A stretch of DNA of 54,062 nucleotides from Trueperaceae bacterium (GTDB taxonomy: Bacteria > Deinococcota > Deinococci > Deinococcales > Trueperaceae): assembly GCA_035703635.1 (NCBI GenBank), contig DASSXV010000002.1, positions 1-54,062 of the forward strand, read 5' to 3'. Positions 40,908-50,665 of this stretch are shown here, piece after piece. The notes under the pieces are model-generated. The model worked only from the letters and a program-made list of their open reading frames with translations, was not told the origin of the DNA and made no database searches. Positions within the stretch are counted from its first letter, which is position 1, and every line of letters begins with the position of its first letter. The position numbers were made by a program, and so were the translations under genes.

Positions 40908-40947
40908 GAGAACGCGCGCGCAATAACGCAATTGCGCGCGCGTTCTC
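40908..40947. terminator. 17-bp perfect inverted repeat between convergent genes
   Basis: GAGAACGCGCGCGCAAT-AACGCA-ATTGCGCGCGCGTTCTC. Confidence 0.65.
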
Positions 40948-40972
40948 GTGCCTTACGCGCGCCGCGCAGGCC

Positions 40973-41920
40973 TCAGCGCCGCGCAGCGTTCGCGGGTAGC
41001 GCCTCTGGCACGCGCGCCGAATAGCGCTCGAGCGCACCGACTTCTAGGTAGGGCAGGGCGATGCTCCGACCGTAGATATTGCTGGCTAGCCAGTCCAGTT
41101 CGGCCTGGTGCCCCTCCTCCGGAAGGTCAACCCACCACACCTTGCTGGCGCCGTTGAAGCGGTAACCGCGCGCCTTGAGCAGGTCCTTCTTCGCGATGGC
41201 TGCGCCCTCGGCCCAAAGCCGCACCGAGCGCTTGAGGGCGGAGAGTCGCAGCATGCGCATTGGTCGCTCGCCGTCAGGCAGGGGCTCAGCGAGCAACTCG
41301 ACGCCAGCACGGCAGTCGAAGATGGCGCGGTGAGCGTCGTAGTAGAAGCCTCTGCGGAAGGCGAGGAACTCGAGTCCGCTGGAGCCGAAGCCGAGCTCGC
41401 GCCACCCAACGTCGCGGATGGAGCACGCCCACGGCTTGCGCTCGAAGTCCGGGTAGCGCCGCTCGAGGAAGGGGCGGTCGAAGGCGGCGTTGTGCGCGAT
41501 AACCAGGTCGGCGCCGCTCAGCGCCTCGCGAACAAGGGCGTCGTCGAACCGTTGCCCCTTCACGTCTTCGTCGGTTATGCCCGTGATGTCCATGACCTCC
41601 TGAGGCAGGGGTCTACCTGGGTCCTCAAGGCCACTGAACAGTTCGCGCACACCGTATACCGTGCCGTCGGCGTCGTAATCGAATGCCAGCATGCCAAGCT
41701 CGATGATCTGCTCGGACCGCGCGTCGAAGCCCGTCGTCTCCGTGTCGACGTACAGGGCGGTGTACAGCCGGGCGTCGGCGGGCAGCGAGGCTGGCAGGGC
41801 GTACTCGGTGCGGGGCAGCAGGCGCCTGAGGACGCGGTAGTACCCGGAGTCCTCGAGCAGGTTTCGCAACTCTTCGAGTTCGGGTCCGGGCGCGCCAACG
41901 GGCTCACTTGGGTGGGTCAC
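40973..41920 (-). CDS. DEDDh 3'-5' exonuclease (Pol III epsilon-like)
   Basis: DTETTG, AHNAAFDR, AHRA..DC; GGAGG RBS. Confidence 0.9.
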   Translation of the reverse strand: MTHPSEPVGAPGPELEELRNLLEDSGYYRVLRRLLPRTEYALPASLPADARLYTALYVDTETTGFDARSEQIIELGMLAFDYDADGTVYGVRELFSGLEDPGRPLPQEVMDITGITDEDVKGQRFDDALVREALSGADLVIAHNAAFDRPFLERRYPDFERKPWACSIRDVGWRELGFGSSGLEFLAFRRGFYYDAHRAIFDCRAGVELLAEPLPDGERPMRMLRLSALKRSVRLWAEGAAIAKKDLLKARGYRFNGASKVWWVDLPEEGHQAELDWLASNIYGRSIALPYLEVGALERYSARVPEALPANAARR

Positions 41921-42110
41921 GGCGTGTCGGCCTCCATCTCCGCGCCAGCAGTCAATGGCCGTGGCGCCCAAGTGATTCTAGCGCCGCCGCCGGATGCCAG
42001 AAGGATGGCGGCATGGTGCGGCGCCCCTCACCATGCCGGGCCAGGTGGATGGCAATATTGTTTACGTCCGTTGCGCCATGGCGGGTGGCGCTGCGGCTGG
42101 AATCAACTCT

Positions 42111-42512
42111 ATGAACAAGATCTTCTCTTGCGTTCTCCTGGTAGCCGTCCTGCTCGCGCCGAGCGTCAGCGCGCGCGACAACATCGAGGCCAGCCCATAC
42201 GGCATGGTCCTCAGCGACCTGCTTCTCTCGTTCCACGCCAACGAAGTGCCTTGCGAGGACGGCGGACGCGAGGCGCCAGAGGTCTGCTTCCAAGTCGATA
42301 GCGTCGGCGTCGCATACCTAGCCGAACGCCTCACCGCGTTGGTGGAGAGTTACGCCCCGGCCGGGCTAGCGCATGGGGAATGGCGGGCCGCCAACGGCGT
42401 ATGGGCGGTTGCTCTCGAGTTCAAGCACGACGCCTTCGGGCGCCTCGAGGTGTACCTGGCGGAGGGCATGGGCTCCTGGGTGCGCGGCCTCGTCAGGCTG
42501 GTCAGGCCTTAA
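42111..42512 (+). CDS. Secreted hypothetical protein
   Basis: MNK-hydrophobic-VSA signal peptide; one Cys pair. Confidence 0.6.
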   Translation: MNKIFSCVLLVAVLLAPSVSARDNIEASPYGMVLSDLLLSFHANEVPCEDGGREAPEVCFQVDSVGVAYLAERLTALVESYAPAGLAHGEWRAANGVWAVALEFKHDAFGRLEVYLAEGMGSWVRGLVRLVRP

Positions 42513-42518
42513 CCGCGG

Positions 42519-43178
42519 CTACGACACCAGGTAGCGCCGTAGCTTGTCGATGGCCGCGTTGCCGCCGATGACGACTAGGCGGTCGCCCTCGCGTAGCTCG
42601 TAAGTGGCGCTCGGGCTGATGCTCACCTCGCCGCCGCGGTTCACGGCTATGACGCTGACGCCGAAGCGGTTCGGGAGGCGCAACTCGTCGAGGCGGCCGA
42701 CTAGTCGTTTGCCTGCCTCCACCTCCACCACCCCGTGAACCTCGCCCAAGTTGAACGCGTCCACGATGCTCGGAGACGCGAGTTGCTGACCAAGACGCTT
42801 GCCCATGTCGTGCTCTGGGCGCACGACCTCGTCTGCGCCCACCCGTTCGAGCACGCGCGCCGCCAGTTCGGTTGTTGCCTTGCAGATGATGCGCTTGACC
42901 CCGCTCGCCTTCGCGGCGACCGTGGCGAGGATGTTCGCTTCGAGGTTCGACCCGATCGCCACGATCACGGTGTCGAAGTTGCCTACGCCTAACTTGCTAA
43001 GTACGCCCTCGTTCGTGGCGTCCGCCACCACGGCGTGCGTCACGTGATCCATGATGCTGGTGACCGCTGACTCTCGCGCGTCGATCACCACCACCTCGTG
43101 TCCAAGCTCGTAGAGCGTGGTGGCTAGCGCCGAACCGAAGCGGCCTGCCCCGATGACCATGAACTGCTGGACCTTCAT
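42519..43178 (-). CDS. ktrA: Ktr/Trk K+ uptake RCK subunit
   Basis: IGAGRFG, GADEVVRPE, RCK_C domain. Confidence 0.92.
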   Translation of the reverse strand: MKVQQFMVIGAGRFGSALATTLYELGHEVVVIDARESAVTSIMDHVTHAVVADATNEGVLSKLGVGNFDTVIVAIGSNLEANILATVAAKASGVKRIICKATTELAARVLERVGADEVVRPEHDMGKRLGQQLASPSIVDAFNLGEVHGVVEVEAGKRLVGRLDELRLPNRFGVSVIAVNRGGEVSISPSATYELREGDRLVVIGGNAAIDKLRRYLVS

Positions 43179-43208
43179 TAGACCTCCTCGGCCGCCGGGC
43201 GCGTGGCC

Positions 43209-44570
43209 CTAGCCGACCAGCACCTCTTCGTGAGGGTACTCGACTTCGTCGTTCGTCACGTTCCTGGCGAGGGCGGTAGCTAGCGTGAGGGGTCCGATGC
43301 GGCCGAGGTACATCAGGAGGATGATCACGACCCTGCCGGAATCGGACAGCAGGGGCGTCACGCCCGCGCTCAAGCCAACGGTCCCGAAGGCAGAGACGGC
43401 CTCGAAAGCGGTCCTCTCGAAGGGCAAGTGCGGCTCCGTCACGAGGAGCACCGTTATCGCCGCGCCAACGAGGAGAACCCCGAAGAGGGCGACGGCGCTC
43501 GCCTGGACGGCGTTGCGGCTCGATATCGTGCGGCCGAACAAGGTCAGCTCACCGCGGCCGCGAGCTTGGCTCCAGGCGCTCCCTACCATGACGACGAAAG
43601 TAACCGTCTTGATGCCGCCCGCCGTGCTGCCTGGACTGCCGCCGATGAACATCAGGAGCATGGTGAACATCAACGTCGCGGAGTGAAAGTGCTCGTATGG
43701 GACGGTCTCGAAGCCGGCCGTGCGCGGTGTGACCGATTGGAAGAACGCCGCGAGGGCCTTCCCGAACGGCGTTAGTGGGCCGAGCGTCCCCGGGTTGTTC
43801 CACTCCATGGCGAGAACGGCCACGAACCCGCTAACTAGCAGTAGTCCGGTCGCCAGCAAGACTATGCGAGTGTGCAACGTCAAGCGGGCCTTGCGGCCAA
43901 GACGCAAGCGCGCGACGACAGTCAACGTGACGAAGAAGCCGAGCCCGCCAAGGATGATGAGCGTTGCGACCACCAGGTTGACGTACGCGTCGGAGACGAA
44001 CCCCCTCAAGTTGTCCGAGTAGAGCGAGAAGCCGGCGTTGTTGAACGCACTTATGGCGTGAAATAGCCCCTGGAACGCCCCCCGCGCAAAGCTGCCCTCG
44101 TGCCTGGCGAACGGCGGCCACAGCAGCAATGCCCCAACGAGTTCAGCGCTGACTGCTATGAGGAGGATCTTGCGCAGGAGCTTGACGACGCCGCCTACCT
44201 CGAACGTCCGCATCTGGTTCTGCAGCCCCAGGCGCTGTTGGTAACCGACGCGCCGCCGCATGGCGATGGCGAACAGCGCTCCGAACGTGACTATGCCCAG
44301 CCCACCTACCTGGATCAGCAGCATCACGATGACTTGACCGAACCAATTGAACGTCGTGCCGATGTCTACCACCGAGAGCCCGGTGATGCACAGCGCGCTG
44401 GTGGCGGTGAAGAGCGCGTCTAGGAAGGAGACCTGCGCTCCCGGCGCGTGGGCCTGCGGCAGCAACAGCATTAGGGTGCCGCTGATGATGCCGCCAGCGA
44501 AAGTGGTGGCGATCAATCGTGCCGGTGATGGCGTTGGCCCACGCAAGAGGCCGGTGCGAGTAGTGGTCAT
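43209..44570 (-). CDS. ktrB: Ktr/TrkH K+ uptake membrane subunit
   Basis: SALCITGL, FNNAGF, RTAGF, STAGGIK, FGTVGLS. Confidence 0.93.
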   Translation of the reverse strand: MTTTRTGLLRGPTPSPARLIATTFAGGIISGTLMLLLPQAHAPGAQVSFLDALFTATSALCITGLSVVDIGTTFNWFGQVIVMLLIQVGGLGIVTFGALFAIAMRRRVGYQQRLGLQNQMRTFEVGGVVKLLRKILLIAVSAELVGALLLWPPFARHEGSFARGAFQGLFHAISAFNNAGFSLYSDNLRGFVSDAYVNLVVATLIILGGLGFFVTLTVVARLRLGRKARLTLHTRIVLLATGLLLVSGFVAVLAMEWNNPGTLGPLTPFGKALAAFFQSVTPRTAGFETVPYEHFHSATLMFTMLLMFIGGSPGSTAGGIKTVTFVVMVGSAWSQARGRGELTLFGRTISSRNAVQASAVALFGVLLVGAAITVLLVTEPHLPFERTAFEAVSAFGTVGLSAGVTPLLSDSGRVVIILLMYLGRIGPLTLATALARNVTNDEVEYPHEEVLVG

Positions 44571-44601
44571 GCGGCGGCGCCCAAAGCGGGTTAACTATAG
44601 G

Positions 44602-45822
44602 TCAGGTTCGGCTTGGAAAACGCGCGAACGCCCTGACGGCCACCGCGAACGCCACCACAAGTAGGCCAGAGCCCAGGAAGTATGGGGCGCCAGGCAGCAC
44701 GATCGGGGCATTGCCGGAGGTGAAATAGGCGAAGAGCATCGTGCCTGCGAGCGGCCCAACCACCCCTGTGAGGCTGAGGAGGCTCGCCAGGGCACCTTGC
44801 ACCTCGCCTTGCTCGTTAGCGGCCACCGCCTGCGAGATGAGGGACTGCGCCGCCGGCCCCGTGAGGCCGCCGATGCTGCCGACGAATATCCCGACGTAGA
44901 GGACCCAACCGTACGGGCTTGCGCCGTAGATGACGAACGACAGGGCGGAGGCCGCGATGCCGATGAGCATCGTGCGGCGCTCGCCAAGCCGCGGGACGAG
45001 GGAACGGACCAGCACCCCTTGAACGAGCACGGACAGGGCGCCGACCAGGGCAAGCGACAGGCCGTTTATCACCGGCGTCCACCCGAAGCGGTAGGTCGTG
45101 AACAGCACCCAAGTCGCGACCATGGCGTTCTGCGCGATGCCGATGCAGACGTACGTGAAGGTCAAGTCGCGCACGAGTAGGTGGCGCCCGATCGACCTGA
45201 GGGAGCCGAGTGGGTTGGCGCGGCTCCACGAGAACTTGCGACGGTTCGCCGGCGCCAGTGACTCTGGCAGGATGAAGTAGCCGTACAGCCAGTTGATGAG
45301 GGCGAGGCCGGCCGCGGCGTAGAACGGCGCCCTGATCCCGATCCCTGCGAGGACACCGCCAAGGGCGGGTCCGACGATGAAACCCACGCCGAACGTTGCG
45401 CCGACCAGCCCGAAGTTCTTGGCGCGCTCTGCCGGTGAACTGACGTCCGCGATGTAGGCGTTGGCGGCCGTGATGTTGGCCCCAGTAATGCCGGAGATGA
45501 CGCGGCCGATGAAGAGGATCGTGAGGTTCGGGGCCAGCGCCATGACGAGGTAGTCAGCGGCGGAGCCGAAGAGCGAGAGGAGCAGAACCGGTCTGCGCCC
45601 GAAGCGGTCGGCCAGCCCGCCGAGCACAGGGGCGAAGACGAACTGCATGGCCGCGTACACGGCGATGAACCACCCGTAGTACGCGGAGCCCGTGCTCAGG
45701 TTGCCTCCAGCCAACTCCGTGACGAGCTCGGGCAGTACGGGAATGAGCAGGCCGATGCCAAGCACGTCGATGAGCAGGGTCACGAGGATGAAGGGGATGG
45801 CGGCAGCGTGGCGGTTCGTCAT
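44602..45822 (-). CDS. TetA/DHA1-like MFS efflux transporter
   Basis: [35 protein letters not shown]. Confidence 0.9.
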   Translation of the reverse strand: MTNRHAAAIPFILVTLLIDVLGIGLLIPVLPELVTELAGGNLSTGSAYYGWFIAVYAAMQFVFAPVLGGLADRFGRRPVLLLSLFGSAADYLVMALAPNLTILFIGRVISGITGANITAANAYIADVSSPAERAKNFGLVGATFGVGFIVGPALGGVLAGIGIRAPFYAAAGLALINWLYGYFILPESLAPANRRKFSWSRANPLGSLRSIGRHLLVRDLTFTYVCIGIAQNAMVATWVLFTTYRFGWTPVINGLSLALVGALSVLVQGVLVRSLVPRLGERRTMLIGIAASALSFVIYGASPYGWVLYVGIFVGSIGGLTGPAAQSLISQAVAANEQGEVQGALASLLSLTGVVGPLAGTMLFAYFTSGNAPIVLPGAPYFLGSGLLVVAFAVAVRAFARFPSRT

Positions 45823-46106
45823 GGTGCGGGGACTCCAAGAGACCCCGCGGCGCGAGCGGCGGCGGGGGAGCAGTCAGATTACACCGTAGCGGACGGCTGG
45901 CCTGGCGGACGGACGCACCGCGCGCCTCGACGGCTCACATGACACCCTCCACGCCGAGTAATGTCGTGCAGCGCGCACTAAATACCCTATTCTCCACTAA
46001 CGGATAATGCTCATGAGCCGCAAATGTGTGGACGAGCTACTCGTTCTACCCGTTCAGGACGAGTTAAGTTGCCCACATGACCCGCCGATTGTGGCAGAGT
46101 ATACGC

Positions 46107-48098
46107 ATGGCCGCCGAGGAGAACCTGCATAACCACGTCAACCCGCCTGCGGCGGTGTCGCGGGCGGCTTCCACTTACGTTCTTGACTTGACTAGCTGGT
46201 GCGTGAAGAGCGGATCGGTGCAACTGCCACCCAAGCTGCTCGCTCACTTCAGTGTCGGCAAGGTGGTGGCACGCAGCGATGGGGGAGAGGTCGCCCTCGA
46301 GCTGTTGGCGCCGCGCACGCTGACGGGCTTGGACGTTTATTTCGCCCTGCACGGGCTGCGCGCCAATGATCGGCTCGAGTTCGCGTTCGAGGGCGGCGAG
46401 CTGCGCATCGCTGCGCTGCGCCGCGACCGCCAGGCGCAAACGTCAAATGGCAGCCGGGCGCAACGGCGCGCCCCGGCTGCACCAGAGGCCGACCGGGCGC
46501 CGAGGCATCATGCCTCTGCGGGCGCTAGTGGGACCGTGGAAGCTGGTAACGAAACGCCGAAGCGTAGGGCGTCCGATTGGACCGACGCGGTTGACCGCGG
46601 CGTGGCCCAAGCCGCTGCGTTGCGCAAGGAGCAGTCGACGCCAGGGATAGTCGTCGATCGGTTCCGTGGCGCCGTTGGTGAGCTCGTGCCAGGCAAGGCG
46701 GCTGCGCAGCAGCGCAGCGCGGCGCCAGCCCCAACCCGGGGCCAGGCAGCACCGACCTCTGGCCAGTTCGCTCAGACGCGGAGCGTCACACGGGTGCGGA
46801 TAGAGGGCGGCGTGCCTGCCAGGAGCTCCAACGGCGAACTGCGACCGAAGGACCGCTGGTCGGCTCACGAGGTTTGGGCGCGCCAAACCAACGCGCATTG
46901 GCACTCGCTCGACACCGTGCAGGCCGCAGGCAGCGCCGATCACGCCCAGGACCCTGATTTCCCGGACACGGTAGTGCGGGCCTTCAGACGCTCCCCGAAC
47001 GGCACGCTGCACGACGAACCTCTGAATTCGCCAGCCGAACCGGCCGCCGCAGAGCGCCACTCTCCCATGAACGCTGGCTGGATGACCATGCAGGCGTCCA
47101 CGGAGCGCAGGGCAGTTAGCGCAGCCACGCGGGCGCACGCGCCAGTCGCCAGCGCTAGCGGCGGCTCTGTGAATGAGTCGCGGACTCAGGCCCAGCGGCG
47201 CGCAGCACAGGAACCTCAGCCTGAACACGGTCTAACCGCTCAAGCGTCCACTTGGAACCGCGCGGTAGCGCCCTTCGCGGCCACGCCTGCCGCTGGCCAC
47301 GTCATTAGCGTGCCAGAAGACACCGACTTGACCAGGGAAGCCGTCGACTGGGTGCCGAGTCGAGAAGCTGACGTCGAGCCGCAGGCGGTCGAGATCGCGG
47401 GCGGCTTCGATGAGCCCCTCGACGGCCCTGAGCCCGCGCGTGCGCCGCGGCGGAGCGTCATGGAGCGCATCGGCATTCGCCTCGGTCTAGGCCGCGAGCG
47501 GTCGCTGGGCGATGGGGGAGGGGCAAGCGACCACCCGACCTACCCTTCGACCTCCGGCACGGCGCGTTACGCGGCGCCAACCGCTGGGGCAGCTTGGAAC
47601 GCGCAACTCGGCCAGGCCGAGGCTCGCGCCGGCGCTGCGCCCGTCGACGAGCAGCCAAGGTTCGTACCGCGCCACGCGGCGCCTCAGGCCGAGCTGCAGC
47701 CGACGCGCCAGCCAGCACCGGAGCCGGCCCAGCAGGCGGAGCGTGCGGTCAGGCACGTGGCCACGGCAACTGCCCTGCAGGACGCCCTGATCGATCTCGA
47801 AGATGAGGCGTTAACGCGTGCCCACGCCGCGCGCCGGAGTGCGCGCGAAGCAACGGAGGACGAGGTCACGGCCCCGGCGCCAACGGCCACCGTCGAGGAC
47901 GACATCGCTTTCCTCGAGGGCTACCTCCGCCGCCCTGGCACACCCGCGGTGGTACGCAGCCTCGACCTAGCCGAGCGGCTTGGGATGAGTCCTGAGCGCG
48001 TGGCGCGCGCTCTCGACCGGTTGGCCGAACACCGCGAGCGCTTCAGCAAGATCAAGGACGGCGCTTACATGGTGCGCCAAACCAGCAGCCTCGGCTGA
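46107..48098 (+). CDS. Hypothetical protein: folded N-domain, long low-complexity linker, C-terminal winged HTH
   Basis: Long ORF; C-terminal SLDLAERLGMSPERVARAL...DGAYMV; start 46077 or 46107. Confidence 0.7.
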   Translation: MAAEENLHNHVNPPAAVSRAASTYVLDLTSWCVKSGSVQLPPKLLAHFSVGKVVARSDGGEVALELLAPRTLTGLDVYFALHGLRANDRLEFAFEGGELRIAALRRDRQAQTSNGSRAQRRAPAAPEADRAPRHHASAGASGTVEAGNETPKRRASDWTDAVDRGVAQAAALRKEQSTPGIVVDRFRGAVGELVPGKAAAQQRSAAPAPTRGQAAPTSGQFAQTRSVTRVRIEGGVPARSSNGELRPKDRWSAHEVWARQTNAHWHSLDTVQAAGSADHAQDPDFPDTVVRAFRRSPNGTLHDEPLNSPAEPAAAERHSPMNAGWMTMQASTERRAVSAATRAHAPVASASGGSVNESRTQAQRRAAQEPQPEHGLTAQASTWNRAVAPFAATPAAGHVISVPEDTDLTREAVDWVPSREADVEPQAVEIAGGFDEPLDGPEPARAPRRSVMERIGIRLGLGRERSLGDGGGASDHPTYPSTSGTARYAAPTAGAAWNAQLGQAEARAGAAPVDEQPRFVPRHAAPQAELQPTRQPAPEPAQQAERAVRHVATATALQDALIDLEDEALTRAHAARRSAREATEDEVTAPAPTATVEDDIAFLEGYLRRPGTPAVVRSLDLAERLGMSPERVARALDRLAEHRERFSKIKDGAYMVRQTSSLG

Positions 48099-48112
48099 GA
48101 GGGTCGACCTGC

Positions 48113-48832
48113 TCAGCCCACCGCCGCGCTGGCGTTAGGGCCGTTGAGCATGGCGCGGGCCAGCGAGCTCAGGTAGAGCTCCGTGGCATCGCGCGCCGCT
48201 TCGGCGTCGCCGGCCGCGATCGCCTCAACAACAGCCGAGAGTTGCTCGACGGCCAAGCGGCGCTGGCTGTGGCTAAGAAGTTCCGTCAAGTGCGGCGTCA
48301 GCAGTTCGTTCGCTACGGACAGCAAGGCGACTAGGAGCGATTCGCCGGCCGACTCCGCGATCAGCTCGTGGAGCTGACGGCGTTCACTCACGCGCCTCGT
48401 CGTGCGCTTGGCTACCTGCGTAGTTCCGGCCAGTTCGCTGCGATCGCGCTGAACGGCGGCCCTCAAGTTCGCCGCCTGAGCCTCCGAGCAGTTCATGGCC
48501 GCTAGTTCCGCCACGGCTGGCTCGAGGTGGCGTTTGAGTTCGAAGAGCTCAGTGGTCGTAGAGCCTTTGCCGTCGACGAGGGGTCGTAGCAGTGGCGCTA
48601 GCTGCGCCGCCGTGGGGGAGCGAACGTAAGTCCCGTCACCGTGCCTCACCTCGAGCAACCCTAGGAGCGCAAGGCGGCTTACGCCGTCTCGCAAGGTCGT
48701 GCGCGAGACCCCGAGCCGTTGCGCTAGCTGGCGCTCTGGCGGCAACTTCGTGCCGTCTGGCGCGTTCTTTACGAACGCCGCCAAGGCGTCGCGCGCCTGT
48801 TCGACCACTCGGGTAGGGGTTGCTTCGCTCAC
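48113..48832 (-). CDS. GntR/FadR family transcriptional regulator
   Basis: KLPPERQLA..LGVSRTTLR, HGDGTYV, FCD domain; GGAG RBS. Confidence 0.9.
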   Translation of the reverse strand: MSEATPTRVVEQARDALAAFVKNAPDGTKLPPERQLAQRLGVSRTTLRDGVSRLALLGLLEVRHGDGTYVRSPTAAQLAPLLRPLVDGKGSTTTELFELKRHLEPAVAELAAMNCSEAQAANLRAAVQRDRSELAGTTQVAKRTTRRVSERRQLHELIAESAGESLLVALLSVANELLTPHLTELLSHSQRRLAVEQLSAVVEAIAAGDAEAARDATELYLSSLARAMLNGPNASAAVG

Positions 48833-48906
48833 GGCACTCCAATGGCTTCGGCGTTGACGCTCGCGTGCGAGCGCTGTCGAGCTGCGTGGGCGCACTCTAC
48901 CAGAAG

Positions 48907-48979
48907 TGGTTGGACCTGTGGAGAGTTGGTCCAACCAGTAAGGCCACAGGTCGGACCGCCGGTGGCAGAGGTTGGACCA
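48907..48979. promoter_or_regulatory. Four FadR-type operator boxes
   Basis: TGGTTGGACCT, TGGTCCAACCA, AGGTCGGACCG and AGGTTGGACCA at 48907, 48927, 48948 and 48969. Confidence 0.7.
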
Positions 48980-49356
48980 CTCGCTCGTTATCAAATGGTT
49001 AGCGCGGGCGGCTGCTAGTGGGCGTGCCGACGCAGGCGCCGGTTCCCTAGAACGGCGAGCTGGATCGTTAGATCCGGACCTGCGGTGGGCCGGGCGCTCG
49101 GAGAGCTCCTAGTCGAGTGAGGCATTCATTCATGCCGCCTACTCAAGCTTGGCGGTCTCGTAACACACCACCTTGGTCCCACGAACCCGGATCGCTGCCG
49201 CTTCTCAACCGGTGAAGACGTTCCCGAGAGCCTCGAGGAGCGCCGCGTGCAGCGAGGGTGGCGAATGCACGCGGCGGCGCATATGCACTTGTGGGTGGCT
49301 ACGGGGAGAAATCGGGAGCGCGGGGAGCACGAGTGCATATGACGTAAGAACATATA

Positions 49357-49384
49357 CGATTTGATAAGTCGTCTTATCAAAGAC
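49357..49384. other. dif-like tyrosine recombinase core site (11-6-11)
   Basis: CGATTTGATAA-GTCGTC-TTATCAAAGAC with the ATAA-N6-TTAT core. Confidence 0.55.
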
Positions 49385-49406
49385 GCGAACGGGGAAGAGC
49401 ATGAGA

Positions 49407-49438
49407 AGGCTCCGTGTACGCTGGAGCACACGGAGCCT
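49407..49438 (-). terminator. Probable terminator of the acidic-protein gene
   Basis: AGGCTCCGTGT-10 nt-ACACGGAGCCT; weak U tract. Confidence 0.5.
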
Positions 49439-49509
49439 CGAATAAGACACTTGGTTTTCTGGCGCGGTTGTCGGGCGCGCGGGTCTAACGGGACCGCACG
49501 CGACTCAGG

Positions 49510-50007
49510 CTAGTCCTCGTCGTCGTCGTCCTCGTCGTCCTCGTCATCCCAGTCATCGTCTTCGTCTTCGTCGTCATCCCAGTCGTCTTCGTCATCGTCA
49601 TCGTCATCGTCGTCCCAGTCGTCCTCATCCTCGTCAGACGCCGCGGCACTCGGGCCGTCTGCCGTGGCCTCGATGACCTGGCTGCCTGCTTCGCTAAGGA
49701 TGTACTCCTCGGCGTTGATCGTGAAGCCGAGCTCGGCGTCGAACCAGCTAGGTTCGTCGAGAACCGGGCCGTCTTCGCTGCGCTCGAGCAGGCCGGCAGC
49801 GATGAGGCTCTGCGCTACGTCAAGCGCGATCTCAGCGACCTCAGCGACGGCCTCCTCATCCTCGAAGGCCACGGCCATGATGGCGTGGGCGTAGGGGTCG
49901 CTTCCTGCTTGCTGCGGGTACTCGATCACCAGACTGTGGCCTTCGTAGATGGTCCACAGGGCGTCTAGTTCAACCTCGCTCAAACGCTCCGCTTGGTTGC
50001 TAGGCAT
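49510..50007 (-). CDS. Extremely acidic hypothetical protein with an Asp/Glu/Trp tail
   Basis: GGAGG RBS; no Lys, 2 Arg; ~41-aa tail made only of D/E plus 3 W. Confidence 0.8.
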   Translation of the reverse strand: MPSNQAERLSEVELDALWTIYEGHSLVIEYPQQAGSDPYAHAIMAVAFEDEEAVAEVAEIALDVAQSLIAAGLLERSEDGPVLDEPSWFDAELGFTINAEEYILSEAGSQVIEATADGPSAAASDEDEDDWDDDDDDDDEDDWDDDEDEDDDWDDEDDEDDDDED

Positions 50008-50113
50008 GGGTTCCTCCAACGCGCTGGAGACCGCCCCTCGTATTCGGCGGTCCCGCTACTACTAGCCTACAGCCTCGCTAGGTTGAGAAGGTTGCGACTA
50101 ACCCCCGGGCCCC

Positions 50114-50506
50114 TCAGGCGCTGGCGTCGGCCGGGGAACAGGAAGCGCAGACGCCGTAGAACGTGAGTTCGTGGCCAAGCACCGTCAGTCCGCCTGGCAG
50201 GGTCGCCCCCTCGAGCATAGCGACGGGGCAAGCGCCGGCGAGCTCGAAGACCGTCTTGCAGCGCACGCAGCGGAAGTGGTGGTGGTGTCCTCTGCCAGCG
50301 GGCTCGTAGCGCACGGCGTCTTGTGGTAGGTGGACCGTGACCACCTCGCTGCCAGACTCGAGGCGCGCCAGGTTCCGGTACACGGTGGCTAGCCCCAGCC
50401 CTGGGTGCAGTTCTCGCGCTCGCTCGAGGAGCTCTTGGGCGGTGAGCGGGCCTTCCGCGGCCGCAAGCGTTGTCAGGATCGCGCGCTGTTGCGGACTTCG
50501 TCTCAT
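50114..50506 (-). CDS. Fur family metalloregulator
   Basis: LATVYRNL, HHHHFRCVRC, GVCASC. Confidence 0.93.
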   Translation of the reverse strand: MRRSPQQRAILTTLAAAEGPLTAQELLERARELHPGLGLATVYRNLARLESGSEVVTVHLPQDAVRYEPAGRGHHHHFRCVRCKTVFELAGACPVAMLEGATLPGGLTVLGHELTFYGVCASCSPADASA

Positions 50507-50536
50507 GACCAGACGATAGCAGAACCAGCGCTAGTG

Positions 50537-50665
50537 GGTGATAACGCTTCTCACCTGTGGCCTGTACTAGTGTACGGAACGCTTAGGCGATAGCGGCGTT
50601 GATCACGGGGATTGACAGCCGTAGCTCAGCAGTGGTTCTATTGGCCCCATGAGAACGTGTTCTCA
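50537..50665. promoter_or_regulatory. Two Fur/Zur-like boxes
   Basis: GG-TGATAACGCTTCTCA-CC (50537-50555) and TGAGAACGTGTTCTCA (50650-50665). Confidence 0.5.

Noticed and set aside
44602-45822. Bona fide tetracycline resistance gene
   Set aside because: Only family-level similarity, with no tetR or mobile context
49337-49356. ATATG-N9-CATAT as an RDRM
   Set aside because: The spacing does not fit the 17-bp motif
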